This document shows, in pieces, positions 17,765 to 43,899 of a DNA stretch of 64,000 bases. The stretch lies in NCBI RefSeq assembly GCF_009914755.1, contig NC_060945.1; one strand, given 5' to 3'. Both the position numbers and the translations under genes were made by a program. Source of the stretch: the human T2T-CHM13v2.0 reference genome, Homo sapiens. How positions within the stretch are numbered: position 1 is the stretch's first letter; each line of letters begins with the position of its first letter. Under the pieces are notes generated by a model that was not told the origin of the DNA, searched no databases, and saw only the letters and a list, made by a program, of their open reading frames with translations.

Positions 17765-20700
17765 CTTTTACCAGTACTACAAGAAAGTGGCTTACATGAT
17801 TATGGAGGCTAAGAGGTCCCATGATCTGCCATCTATAAGCTGGAGACCCAGGAAGGCCTGTGGTATAATTCAGTCTGAATCCAAAGGCTTGAGAACCAGG
17901 GAAGCCAGTGATGTAAATCCATCTGAGGACAGAAGATGAGATGTCACAGCTCAAACAATGAGGCAGGAAAAAAAAGGGGGGTGAATTCTTCCTTCCTCTG
18001 CCTTTTATTTTATTTACGCCCTCAACAAACTGGATGATGGCCACCCACCTTGGGGATGGCTATCTCCTTTACTGAGTCCCCCAGTTCAAATGCAAATCTT
18101 GTCTGTAAACACACTCAAGACACTTCAGAATAATGTTTAAACAGATATCTGGCACCCTGTGGCCTATTCAAGTTGACATATAAAATTAACCATCACAAGT
18201 CTACCCTTGTCAACTTGGCACCCATAAACATCTCTTTAAACCATACTTAACTGCCACATAAAGACAACAACAAGGTCATAATTCCATCTAACACGATTAA
18301 CAATCCAGCATTCCACCAGAAACACTCTAACCCGTTTCCCAGAAGAGGTGGTAAAGTCTTCATGTGATGTTTACTCTCTCCTTGATATCCCATAACTTAA
18401 ATACTATGATGTAAAATTAATCAAGGTTGAACACTGGAGCCAGTTAAAAAAATTAACAATATTTAAACACTATGCTATAAAATCAATGCATCTTATGTTA
18501 CAGAATAAGGAAATGAGAAGAAAACAAAGCTACACACACACAAAATGTAGTTATAGCAAAATATGGAGGACATACTTATGACAATCACAGTCTGTGTTTC
18601 TGTAACTGGTCATATGATCAAAGCTAGTATTTATTCCACCATTTATTCTGTATTCCCTTTGCCTTCAGCAAGCACTTCATCTGGTCATGGTACTTACCTG
18701 GTGGTGACCCAAACCTTCATTCCTGAAAGGTCTGGATCATTAGTGGTCCTGTCTGAATTAGGCTGTAGTTTTCCATTGACCTTAATCACAGGGCATGATA
18801 ACACTAAGAGATGCCCTAAGGAATCCTGTGTATTCCCAACATACTTTACCTTACCACCATTCGGGGTAGTCCAGTTTCTACTTGGTAGTCAGGAACAATC
18901 ACCCAGCCAGCACTGTAACTCATTTGTCTATTGAGTTAGAGGCATAAGAAGCCCCAAATGGCTGAGGAGCAGTCTTAAACTTCCAGTTCAATTAAATCAT
19001 GATTGCGTCTCTCAGTGGAAAATATTCCACCCTATGTAAGACCTCTAGGCCAGCAGTGCATAAGTCATGGGAACAGGAAGCAAAAATTTTGCTAGTGGGT
19101 CACCAGGGCTAATAGCGAATGGTGTCCTTCCTATTCTGACCCCTTGATTCCTGGACCTGTGAATCCCAGTCATAAGAGAAATGCACCATATACTGGATGT
19201 TGATTCAGAGCATAGACAGTCTTCTAGAGAACCTTGTCCCAGCCCTACAAGGCACTGCTATATAGCTGGTGTTATTACTGTCTTCAAAATGCCATTCCAC
19301 TGCTCTATGTAGCCAGTTGATTCAAGATAGTAGGGAACATGGTAAGAAAATTCCATGATCATGGGCCCACTGCCACACTTTTGCTGTGAACTGAGTTTCT
19401 TGTAATGCTGTGTGGAATACCATGGTCATAGATGAGACATTCTGTAAGTCCACGGATGGTAGTTTTAGCAGACACCCTGCGCGAAGGGAAAGTGAATCTG
19501 TATCCAGAGTAAGATCTATTTCAGTAAGGATAAAACACTATCCCTTCAATGATAGAGGTGGATCAATGTAATGAACCTGCCACTAGGCAACTGACTGATG
19601 ACCCTGGGGAATGGTGTCATATCAGGGGCTCAGTGTTGGTCTCTGTTGCTGGCAGACTGGGCACTCAGAGATAGCCTTGGCCAGGTCAGCCTTGGTGAGT
19701 AGAAGTCCACGTTGCTGAGCCCATGCATAACCTCTATTCTTATCACCATGGCTACTTTGCTCATGAAACAATTGGGTGATGACAGGTGTGGCTGGAGAAA
19801 GAGGCCTACTAGTATCCACAGAACAGGTTATCTTGTCCACTTTATTAAAATCCTTTTTTGCTAACCCTTTGGTGAGCATTCACATGGGGCACAAATATCT
19901 TCACCCTTTTTGCCCATTCAGTGTCTATCCACATACTTCATCTCCAAATTTCTTTGTCACCAATTTTCCAGTTATATTGAACTCCCTGACCATCCAGCCA
20001 AACCACTGGCCACGGCCTATGAATTGGCATATAATTGAATATCTGGCTATTTTTCCTTCTAAGCAAAGTCAACAGGGGGACTGCTCAAAGTTGTGTCCAC
20101 CAGGAGGATTTCCCTTCACCACTGTCCTTCAAGGTAGCCCAGAGGTGAGATGTAGTGCTGCAGCTATCCACTTTAGGGTGGTACCTGCATATCATACAGA
20201 ACCCTCTGTAAACCAGGCCTAAGTCTTCTCTTTCTCTGTCAGCTGATCACAGGGAAGTCCCCATGAAGCCACCGATGCAGGCTGGAAGAGAGAAGGCAGG
20301 TAGCAGAAGTGGGGACTATGGAAATTTGGCCTACTTCTTCATGTAACTTCCTTGTGCCTTCAGGGCCTCTCAGGCCCAATCATGTGTATACCACTTCCAT
20401 CTGATGACAGAGTGTTGCTGTGCATATCCAACTTTGTGCGTTGGTGGCTCAGATAACATCCAGTTCATGATGGGAAGCTCAGGTTGCACGGTAACTTGGT
20501 GACTCATTAAGTATCAGTCTCTACTAAGGCCCAGTAGCAGGCCAAGAGCTGTTTCTCAAAAAGAGACTAGTTATTTGTTGGTAATGGCACGGCTTTGCTC
20601 TAAAATCCTAAACCAAGATTCACCTATAGGGACCTGCCAGAAGCTTCAAACAGCATCCCTATCTGCCACTGCCACTGAAACACCACTGGATCATATGACC

Positions 20701-21296
20701 CAAGTGGCAGAGCAGCTTGCACAGCAGCCTGGACCTGTTGCAGACTCTTTTCTTGTTCTGGGCCCTACTCAAAACTAGCAGCTTTTTGAGTCAATTGGTA
20801 AACAGGCTGGTGTAACATAATGAAATTGGAAAATGTTGCCTCCAAAACCCAAAGAGGCCCACTAAGTATTGTGCCTCTTTCTTGGTTTTAAGAGCAGCAA
20901 GATGCAAGTACTTATCCTTCACCGTAGAAGAAATATCCTAACATGCCCCATGTCACTGGGTCCCTACCAATTTCACTAAGGTAGAAGGCCCTTGAATTGT
21001 AGTCATATTTATTTCCTACCCTCTGATGCAAATGTCTTTCCACTAAGTCTAATGTAGTTCCTACTTCTTGCTCACTAGGTCAAATCAGCATAATGTCATC
21101 GATATAACCAATCAGTGTAATATTTTGTGGAAGGGAAAGGTAATCAAGATCCCCATGAACTGAATTATGACATAGAGTTGGAGAGCTGATACACACCGGA
21201 GATACGACAATGAAGGTGTGTTGCTGGCCCTGCCATCTGAAAGCAAACTGCCTTTATGGACTGGTATGAAAAAAAAGACATTTGCCAGATCAATTC
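17765..21296 (-). mobile_element. Older ERV-L element: MLT2B-type 3' LTR (~17765-18197) plus internal pol (RT, RNase H, integrase) and dUTPase remnants
   Basis: LTR start at 18197 preceded by PPT; RT motifs IDLANVFF (~21270-21296) and [10 protein letters not shown] (~21087-21116); integrase HHCC-like HEQSSHG...CPVCQQ (19622-19879); many stops. Confidence 0.88.
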
Positions 21297-21558
21297 CATT
21301 GCCTTACCACATAATGCTGAAATAAATATTTCATACATAATTTTTATATTTAAAATGCAAACTATAAATATAATACACATATTTACTTGTACTTGTGCAA
21401 ATAATTCTATAGGCCTGACTGAAAGGGAATGTTCCACCTTTCTACCTTTTTTTAATGACAAATTTCTGATAAAATTCCTTGTTACCTAATGAATGACTTC
21501 AGTTTCAAAATATGCTAAATGCATTCAGTTTCCAGTAGTTCTGGGCACACACTGTATG

Positions 21559-30564
<9,006 letters not shown>

Positions 30565-30582
30565 AGTCCTTCGCTGCGTTCC

Positions 30583-30638
30583 ATGCGCGTGCGCAGGGCG
30601 TGCGCATGCGCATGCGCATGCCCTCGCCCTCATGCGCA
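30583..30638. promoter_or_regulatory. Tandem NRF1 motifs
   Basis: TGCGCATGCGCATGCGCA at 30601-30618 (two overlapping consensus sites), TGCGCGTGCGCA at 30584-30595, half-site CATGCGCA at 30631-30638. Confidence 0.8.
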
Positions 30639-31384
30639 GGCCTAGGAGTGGGGCTGGCGTCCCGGGCGACCAGTGTGTTGTTGTTGGGTCTTAATTCTAA
30701 ATTTGTCAGTGGCTCTCCTTGAAATTGCTAAGTAGACAGTTGTATAATCCGTGACTATTGACATTTGCTTTCTTCTTTGGAACATTTAAATTTTATTCTG
30801 TGAACTAGAACCTGATAGTGGGCATTCTGAGTTGTTTTTGACTAAGGTGAATGTTCTTTCTTCATTCTAATGATATTTGGAAATTCTGTTTTATTCCTAG
30901 TTTGCAAGGATTTGAAAAAATACATAATAAATTTTACTGTTTTTTTGTCAGCTGAACTTTAAGCTTTACGCTATAAAGATGAAGACTTTCCTCGTTTTTT
31001 TACTGTACTTTATAAATTGCCTTCCTGATGAATCATGAATGCACTCTTTTTATAAACCTTAAGCAAGATGATGCGGTTTAATACACTGCTGAATTGGGGA
31101 GGCTAATAATCTGGCTCCGTTTTTTTTTTACCAAGATTACGCTACCCTCGTTATGTGAGTTAGGACACTGTTTCTGGAACATTAGGTAGAAAGCCTTAAA
31201 ACTGGCTGGGCTTGGTGCCTTTTTGAGTGAATGGATCTTTGATGTTTTGGAACATCTGTAAGTTATTAGACTATTCAAGTATTTGCATTCTTTTTGAGTC
31301 AATTTCTGAAATTTGTTTCGCAATGAAACATTTTTACAGCTCGTTTTTTAAATTTGAGAAATAAAAATACAGAAAAGTATTTGA

Positions 31385-31722
<338 letters not shown>

Positions 31723-32231
31723 GGTTACAAATTTCAAAACCCCAAGTTTTAAACCCAGAAATGACAGTATTTTCTCATGTTTCCTTAAAATATTTTTTAA
31801 ATACAAGAACTAAAATATTACAAATAAGATGGATGTTCTTTCTCTATTTGCCTTCAGTTTAATTGTGTAACATTCTCTCCAAGGCTCTTATGGATTTAGT
31901 GTATGTCCATCTAATCCATGTAAAAACATGGATCTTGCATTTATACGTTTATAAACATTCATATCTTTATAAGCAACATACGGTGTATTTTAAAATTTAC
32001 ATAACTGGTACTAGGTTGGACATATTTTTCAAATTTCTTTTTCAGTCAACATTATATGAGATTTATGTTTTGATATATGGTTAGGTTACTCCTCTTAACT
32101 GCCATATAGAATTTTATTATGTAAAAATATGAAATATATATATATATAGAAAGAGTTGTACTTGATCTCCTGGGTTCAAGCGATCCTCCTCCCTCAGCCT
32201 CCTGAGTAGCTGGAACTGGAACCATAGGTGC

Positions 32232-34545
<2,314 letters not shown>

Positions 34546-34551
34546 TGATGA

Positions 34552-34980
34552 GTGAGGGGGCTTGTTCTAATTCTTAAAGGAAAGGCTTTCAGCTTTTCCT
34601 CGTTGAGTATGATGTTAGCTGTGGATTTGTCATATATACCCAGTTTGCGTGTATTTTTTTACCCACAACATGTTCAACATTTTTATCATAAAGGAACACT
34701 GAATTTTATTGAATGCTTTTTCAGCATCTATTGAAATGATTACATGGCTTTTGTTCTTGGTTCTGTTGACATGATGTATCACACTTGTTATTGATTTGTG
34801 CATGCTGAACCATCCTTGTATCCCTGGGATGAATCCCACTTGATCATGGTGAATGACCTTTTTAATGTGTTGTTGCACTCAGTTTGCTAATATTGCATTG
34901 AGGATTTTTGCATCTATGTTCATCAAGGATATTGGCTTGTAGTTTTCTTTTTTTATTGTGTCCTTGTCTGGTTTTGGTAT
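34552..34980 (-). mobile_element. L1 ORF2 RT-domain fragment
   Basis: [17 protein letters not shown]; [16 protein letters not shown]; [14 protein letters not shown]. Confidence 0.9.
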
Positions 34981-34985
34981 GTCAG

Positions 34986-34988
<3 letters not shown>

Positions 34989-35028
<40 letters not shown>
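34989..35028. repeat. (TG)20 microsatellite
   Basis: Directly visible. Confidence 0.95.
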
Positions 35029-35032
<4 letters not shown>

Positions 35033-35119
35033 AACATTAGTGACTCCATTTTGATTCTGACAACTTTCACAGTAGTTAGTGAAATAATAATCTAAGATAG
35101 ATAATTTTTTTCATTATTT

Positions 35120-35415
35120 TTATTTTTTCTTTTGAGACAGGGTCTCATTCTGTCACCTAGGCTGGAGTGCAGTGGTGCCATCATGGCTCGCTCCAGCCTT
35201 GACCTCCTGGGCTCAAGCAATCCTCCCATCTCAGCTTCTCAAGTAGCTGGGATTACCGCACATGCCACTGCACCTGGTTAATTTTTAATTTTTTTGTAGA
35301 GATGGAGTCTCTCTATGTTGCCCAGGCTGATTTCAAACTCCTGGGCTCAAGCAGTTCTCCCGTCTTGGCCTCCAAAGGTACTAGCATTACAGATGTGAGC
35401 CATTGCACCCAGCCA
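35120..35415 (-). mobile_element. AluJ
   Basis: Full Alu with J-type diagnostics. Confidence 0.85.
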
Positions 35416-35539
35416 ATAGATCATTTTAAATGCATCTTCAAGAATGGTTCTAAAGCTTTAGAACCATATAATTTGTTCAAATTGTTTTTTGTTGCTATAA
35501 AGCCTCAAGGTTGACCAACACTTAAAACACTATGATACA

Positions 35540-36667
35540 GAGTAGGAGAAAATATTTGCAAAAGACATATCTGATAAAGGACAGCTATCCAAAATATGCA
35601 GAGTATTAGAACTCAAGAATAAGAAAAGGAACAACCTGGACAGACACCTCACCAAAAAGAAAAGACCCGGACAGACACCTCACCAAAGAAGACATGTGGA
35701 CGGCAAATATGCATGTGTAAGGATCCTGAAAATGATATGGCATTAGGAAATTGCAAATTAAAGCCACAATGAGATACTGTTACACACTTATTATAATGGC
35801 CAAAATCTAAAACACTGACAACAAATGCTGAAGAGAATGTGCAACAATAGGAACTTTCATTCATTGCTGGTGGGAATGCAAAATGGTACAGCTACTTTGG
35901 AAGACAGCTGGGCAATTTCTTACAAAACTAAACATACTTTTACCATACACTCCAACAATAGTGCTCTTTGGTATTTACTCAAATGAGTTGAAAACCTGTG
36001 TCTACACAAAAACCTGCACACTGATATTTATAACAGCTTTGTTCATAATTGCCAAAATTTAGAAGCAATCAAGATGTCTTTCTCTAGGTGAATGGGTAAA
36101 TAAACTGTGGTACATCCAGAAAACAGAATATTATTCAAAACTAAAATGAAATGAACTATCAAGCCATGAAAAGACATGGGGAAAACTTAAATGCATATTG
36201 CTAAGTGAAAGAAGCCAATCTTAAAAGGCTATATACTGTATGATTCTAACTATATGACATTCTGCAAAACACAGAACTATAGAGGTAGTAAAAAGAACAG
36301 TACTTGCCAGGGGTTAAGGAGGAGTGAGAGATAAGTAGATGGAACACAGAGGATTTTTTAGAACAGTGAAACTATTGTTTATGATACTATAATTGTGGAT
36401 ACATGTCATTATACATTTGTCCAAAGCCATAGAATATACAACATCAAGAATGAACTCTAATGTAAGCTATGGATTTGGGGTCATAAATGTGTATAAATGT
36501 AGGTTTGTTGATTGTAACAAATGTACCACTCTCTTGTGTGAGGCTGATAGTCGGGGAGGCTATGTGTGTGTGTCAGGGGGTGCAGAGTATAGATGGGAAC
36601 ACCCTCTACTTTGTACTCAATTTTGCTGTGAACCTAAAACTTCTCTGAAAGATAAATTTTATTTTGA
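35540..36667 (+). mobile_element. 5'-truncated L1MC-like element (ORF2 C-terminus + 3' UTR)
   Basis: L1MC-type 3' UTR (tggatacatgtcattatacatttgtccaaa...); 16-bp TSD aaaacactatgataca. Confidence 0.85.
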
Positions 36668-38375
36668 AAAACACTATGATACACTAAAACTTCTTTTGTC
36701 CTTATTTGGTAATACTTAGAAATATAATTTTATTAAGATTATATTTAAAAGTAGAGTCAAAAGATATGCATGTTTTAGTGAAATATCTTCTATTGTTATT
36801 ACTATCATCATAGTTATTATTATTTGACTTAGAAATCCTCAGTAGACATTATGAAATTAGAGATCAGTAATGTTCTAGTTGAAAAAGACATATACTTGAT
36901 AAAATTGCTTCTTATTCTTTTGGCGTTACTGTGGTTAAGAGTCTTGTGCTGTAATGATCTCAGTTAAAAATAGTAAAAAGAATCTCTTGAATATTGTGGT
37001 GGACTCTGCACAGTTCATGCAACAAGAGGCATGGTTACCTGCCCATATAGCTTTGTTTGTATCAGCCAGTTGAAATGTCAACATGGTTCCTTATCCACTG
37101 AATAATTTCACAACCCTCCTCTTAATTTGGTTGCTTTGGACACATTCTATCCTGGAAACAAAATCTAGGCTTCATAATACATTCGGAAATAATAGATTCA
37201 TGTTCTTTTTTTCCAGCTGGTACTGGTAGAGTTTACACATTTACTCCTGCACCATAGGAACAGCTGCTTAAAAAGCTGAAGTGTGTATTTGATTCCATTA
37301 CATTGGCACAATAGAAAGTCACGTAAAAGAGGGAGACTCTCTCAGCTTCTCCATATTTGGAAAATTAATTCTTTTAAGTGCTTTAAAAAAAATCTCTACA
37401 GGTGGTCAGACTCTATGAACTTAGGACCAGAAATGACCTCATCACCTTCAGCTGGTCTAAAGTTGTCTTTGGCTGCTGCACACTTCACAAAATCTTGTTA
37501 ATTATGATTGTTTTTCCTAGTTATAAGTCCTTCTGGATACATTTTTATAGCATTTATTTTTATCGCTTACATAACTACATAAAATATTTTCATTGGTGTC
37601 AAAATGTCATGTTATTGCCAAATAGATTCCATTTCAATTTCTAGAAATTATTGGAAAGTTAATACCCACATTTTAATGGCACCCTTGCTGTGGTATTAAA
37701 TCATGTTTTATTGAAATTCACAAGAATCAAAATTACACTGCGTTTATCCAGAATAAAGCACTAGAACAGTTACTTTTTGGCCGTCTTGCCCATTAATTTC
37801 TATGCTTGCACTTTCTCTTTAGACAAGCAATGAATGAAATTTAGTGTCTTTCTAGAATTGAATTCTCATGAAAGTGATTGTCATATACACACTCATCATC
37901 TACTTCTCTTTTCAGCTCAGTGATATTTAGTTCAAGAATTGGTAGGTGAATCTTTTCCCTGGCTTATAAAACTTCACCCTATTTATTTCTATTTCAAGAA
38001 AAGTAAAAATATTTTAAAAAGTAAAATTAGGCAAGAAAGTCATCTTGCTAGCTAGGCATTTGGTTTCTCCTTAGAGGTGTTATTTAAGAAAACTCAGTCC
38101 CCTAGACATCATTTCAAGAACATAATTGTTTAGCTGCAAAGCTACAGTTTTGGGTAGAAAATTCCCTTTGAGGGTTGCACATTGAACCCATATTTAGAGA
38201 ACCTGAGAAATGAGCTTTCAGCAGCAATCCCATTTACTCTTCTCCCCACAGCCTGGGGCATCTGGAAGAAGCCACCAGGAAAGCTGGAGGATGACTAAAG
38301 GGCTGAGTTTGATCCAGTTTGCCAGATTAGGTCCATCGCCCTGAGGCCCTTTTTTGCCTAGGTCCTGCATATTCC

Positions 38376-38725
38376 ATGCTATAGACTGAATTACGTCCCT
38401 GTAAAATTCGTATTTTGAAGCCTTAACCCCCAATGTCACAGTATTTGGAGATGGGGTCTTTGGGACATAATTAAGTTTAGATGAGGTCATGAGGCCATGG
38501 GATTAATACTCTTAAAAGAAGTGGCATCAGAGAGCTTGCTGTGTCTCTTTCTGCCACTATGAGGACACAGTGAGAAGGCAGACATCTGCAAGCCAGAAAG
38601 AGGGATCTAGCTCCAACCATGCTGGTGCATGAAGACTTCCAGCCTCCATAACTGTGGAAATAAATGTCTGTCGTTAAGCCACTCAGTCTATGGTATTTTG
38701 TTATTGCAGCATGAGCTGAGGAATA
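38376..38725 (+). mobile_element. MLT1A/MSTD-like MaLR LTR
   Basis: tgctatagactgaat start, aaataaatgtctg, tatggtattttgttat. Confidence 0.75.
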
Positions 38726-39410
<685 letters not shown>

Positions 39411-40153
39411 TCCATCCCCCAAGGACAAGAGACTTGGAGCCTGAGCACACAGGGATGGTGCAAACTCAGATGTTGGTCCAGACAGTTCAGGAACACATGT
39501 TTTAAAATTGGAATTGTTGCCTCAATTTTCTCTTTCAGTGTGTAAATGGAACCTCCAAATAAGATTAAATTGAAGAGAAAGCATTAAAGGGCAGTATTCC
39601 AGTGGAATCCATGAACAGTTTGTAAGTAAAATTACTTGTTTGTTTGCACTGATTTGCTAAGGAAGGAAAATTTTAAAAGTAGTCGTTGTTCTTAAGAAAG
39701 TTAAATTTATAGTTTAAGTTATGGTATATTTTATACTGGGCACTGTGCCTTCCTCATAATATTCTTATTAAATATTTGTTGATTTAAGATGTTTTTTACT
39801 TCATCACATGTATTTAGCAGAGTAAATTCTTATAAAAGAATTTTATCACATTCTTGTGACAAAGTATACTCCATGCTAAATGTGGTACTAATTACTTGAG
39901 TGTGAAGGTGAAGATTTTTCCTGGCAAATTTGGAACAGCAGCTTAAAAAATAGGTAATACACAGCTGAAGAGTCTTTCTTTCCAGATTCAACTCATATAC
40001 CTACTATCTTGACTTTCTCTAAGCCTATATATTTAAATTCTAGAAACCACCACATTCACTTATTAAACACAAATGCCAAGCATGCATCTAATATTTATTA
40101 CGTTACATTTTTATTTTTATGAAATACTGATTGAAACAAATAGTCACCCAGGA

Positions 40154-40496
40154 CAGGGGTCCCGAACCCCTGGACCACGGACTGGTATTAGTCTGTGGCC
40201 TGTTCGTAACTGGGCTGCACAGCAGGAGGTGAGTGGCAGGTAAATGAGCATTACTGCCTGATCTCCGCCTCCTGTGAGATCAGCGGCGGTGTTAGATTCT
40301 CATAAGAGCACAAATCCTATGGTGAACTGCGCATGTGAGGGATGTAGGCGGTGTGCTTCTTATGAGATTTTAATTAATGCCTGATGATTTGAGGTGGAAC
40401 AGTTTTATCCTGAAACTATCCCCTCTGCCTCCTGGCCATGGAAAAATTGTCTTTCACGAAACTGGTCCTTGGTGCTAAAAAGGCTGGGGACCACTG
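40154..40496. mobile_element. MER1B (hAT-Charlie MITE)
   Basis: TIRs caggggtccc / ggggaccactg, ~340 bp. Confidence 0.85.
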
Positions 40497-40598
40497 ATCT
40501 AGGGCATAGCTAGTTTTTGCCATAGCTATGTCATAACTAGATGTGTTGTGATAAAATCTCACCTGTAGATCTGAGTTGAGCATATCAGCCTATTTCAC

Positions 40599-41111
40599 TG
40601 TGGTAGACAATTCTGTCTGCCGTGGTCCTCCAAAGATATTCACATCCTAATCCCCAGAACCTGTGAATATGATGCTTTACATGGCAAAAGGGAGTTTGCA
40701 CACATGATTAAGTTAAGGATCTTGATGTGGGGAGACTGTCTTGGATTAACCAGGTGGGTTCAATGTCATCAGAAGGCTCCTCCTATGAGGAAGGAAGAGA
40801 GTCAGAAATAAGAGTAGGATATATGATGTTCAAGCAGAGGAGAGAGAAAGAGAGAGAGAGATTTGAAGATGATATGCTGCTGGTTTTGTTTTGAAGATGG
40901 ACGAAGGGGCCCTGAGCCAGGGAAAGCAGGCCACCTCTAGAAGCTGGAAAAGGCAAGGAAATGAAATCCCCCAAGAGCCTCCAGAAGGAACACAACCATG
41001 CCAACCTGTTTTAGACTTCTGATCTCCTGAACTGTAAAATAATAAATATGTGTTGTTTTAAGGCAATAAATTTGTGATAATCTGTTATAGTAGCAATAGG
41101 AGAAGAATACA
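40599..41111 (+). mobile_element. MLT1D-like MaLR LTR
   Basis: tgtggtagac start, cctaatccccagaacctgtgaatat, aataaat...aataca end. Confidence 0.8.
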
Positions 41112-41334
41112 GCAAATCAACACTGATTTTATTTTCTTAACATGGTGCAACTAATACCAACTTAAAAGCAATTTAAACTTTACACACTAGTTGTCAAATT
41201 CTCTAAAGAGACAAACCTAAATGAATATGAGACTAATTTAACCTTCTGACATCTATGGGCACACTGAAGACTGGGAGAACTGGTAGTGTTCACGTGGTGT
41301 TTGTCCAACCCTTTAACCCAGCACCCTCTAGACC

Positions 41335-41930
41335 TGCACTGTCCACCCCACCTGGAGCTACTGTGCCCTGGAAATGTATCTAGAATGTAATGGGATGTGC
41401 AGGAAGTCTAAGATACACTGTGGATTTTGTAAAGAAGAGTGCAAAATACCTTGATAATTTTTGTTTTGTTTCGTTTTTGAGACAATCTTGTTCTGTCATC
41501 CAGGCTGGAGTGCAGTGACACAACGTCAGCTCACTGCAACCTCCTCCTGGGTTTAAGTAATTCTCCTGCCTCAGTCTCCCAAAAGTAGCTGGGACTACAG
41601 GCACGCGCCACCATGCCTGGCTAATTTTTGTGTTTTTAGTAGAGACAGGGTTTCACTATGTTGCCCAGGCTGATACAAACTCCTGACCTCAAGTGATCCA
41701 CCTGCCTCAGCCTCCCAAAGTGCTGGAATTACAGGTGTGAGCCACTGCACCTGGCAATAATTTTAAAATATTGATCACATGTTGAAATGATACTAGTTTG
41801 GATATATTGGGTTAAATAAAATATATTACTAATTTTAATTTTAACTTGTTTTAACTTTATGAATGCTGTTACAGGAAAGCTTAAATTACATATATAAGTC
41901 ATATTTTATTTCTATTGGACAGTTGCTCTA
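41335..41930. mobile_element. MER3/MER33-like hAT fossil interrupted by AluS (41460-41755, -)
   Basis: ...attttatttctattggacag terminus; Alu with approximate TSD ataatttt. Confidence 0.6.
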
Positions 41931-43899
41931 AACAGATGAATTCTATGTAATGATGTAATTAATATAATGTAGGTTACTTATGTCAATTGATAGATTATTG
42001 ATTAATCATTAGACTGCTGCAGTTGAGAGAGTTAATGGATTTTATATATATTTATGCAGTTTAAAACTAGCATCTCCATTTTTTGTAGTCATATTTTGCC
42101 AGAGTCTGACCTCTACAAATCTCAAATTAAATTGTGGTGAGTTAAGTCAGACTTTGAAAAAAATATCTGGACGAATGCCTAAGGAATAGTGAGAAATCCT
42201 GTTGGCAGCTCAAAGGTGGCATTTTTGGATGGCGGGAGGTAGGGTTTTCTGTGGTGGGTGAAAGTGACCTTTGTGGATGTTTTGTTGCTTTTTTTTTTAA
42301 AGGAAGGAAAAGTAGTCCATACCTATGAAGACATTGTTACTATAAAAACCTTAATTTAGGTAATTTTTTTTGGTAAAATGAAAAACATATTTTTTCCTTT
42401 TAGTGTAGGAATACTTACAGGGAAGACACAGAATTAAAAAGAGGAGGCAGCTTGCTGGGATGAAAATCACCCAGTTGAAGACATTAGGAAAGACCTAAAC
42501 CTTGTGGCTTCATTAACACATGTGTGTCTGGTTAGGAATAGAATATGCTACCAATAGAATGATTAGGTTAGAGCTTCCTAGACCATTGGCAAACTAATTT
42601 TTTTTGGGGGGGGAACAAATTTATTTTGATTTTTCTGAAAATATCAGGAACTATGAAAAACAAGGTTGATATTTGGCTGTACCAAAAGCAAAGTACAAGT
42701 AAAAATAACATTTGAAAACCATGTTTAACCTTAGAGAAACATGTTTTAAAATACAAAGTTTAACATTCTTTTCTCTACAGATTTAAACAAGTTTTCTAAA
42801 CCACAAGACTGCAGGTTTTTTTTTTTAACTGACATAATTTTTTAGAAGAAAAAACTAAAGGGGAATAAAAAGCACTTACCTCCTACCCTGGAATCTCATT
42901 ATTTATAAAATAACATGCTCAAATATCAGTGAAAATAAACAGTTGATAAACCTGAAAAGTCTTTTAATGAGTTCAGGTTACAACCGAACGCAGGATTTTG
43001 TAGCTGGGAAAGAACAGCTTGTATAACAACCAAGCCTTACCAAATACAAATAGAGATAAAAGGCAATTAAAAGCAAATTATAAAATCAAAATATTTCCGT
43101 AGAGTGGCAGCCTTCACAAAGTAAAAACAACTTCGTTCCACAGAATTGTATGTTCTGTAGGCATATGGTCAATTCTTTTCCGAGTCCTTTTGTCTTGCAC
43201 TATCAAAATAAAAGAATCTTTGTCTTGGAGCAAGTCTGCTAAAGAAGGCACCAAAATTCTATCCTCCCTATTCCCCTAAATAATATTAATAAACCTCTTA
43301 TCAATCCTTTCAAGGTAACTTCAACGCCATTAAGAATTAATATTCTAAATATGTAAAGCTATAGAAGGAAGGTCCTGCCTATTCTCTTTGCCCCTCTCAA
43401 ATCATTCTAGTCTGGTTTACCAAACAGAACCACTAGCTAAGAGGATAGAAATATGTTCCCGTGTTCACTAGCCATTAAATAAACATAGCCACTTGTGCAG
43501 GAAGCCTAACGTTTTTACTACTTCCTAACTTTTTAAAACTTAAGGATAAGCCCATTTCCACAAGCTAACTTTACAGCTCCTTAATATTCTTAATCTGGAT
43601 GGTTTACTTTGCAGACTTTGTTGGTGTCTGCCTTTTTCAATTATTTTACCCAAAAATAGGCCTTGAAAAAACTTTCAAATTCAGGAAACCCCTGCAGGGA
43701 ACCCTCATGGTGTGTGAGTGTGAGCACTAAGTTGAAGAATACTCTTATTTCACAGAAATGTAGGACTGTCAGACTAGGGCTGAGTTCATTCTCTTCCTTC
43801 AGAGACAAAATTTCAAGCTGAGCAGATTTGGAGAAAGGGTTCCCCATACAGTCATATACTAGTGCTGGGAAAAGGAGAGAAAATACTACTTAATTGTGT

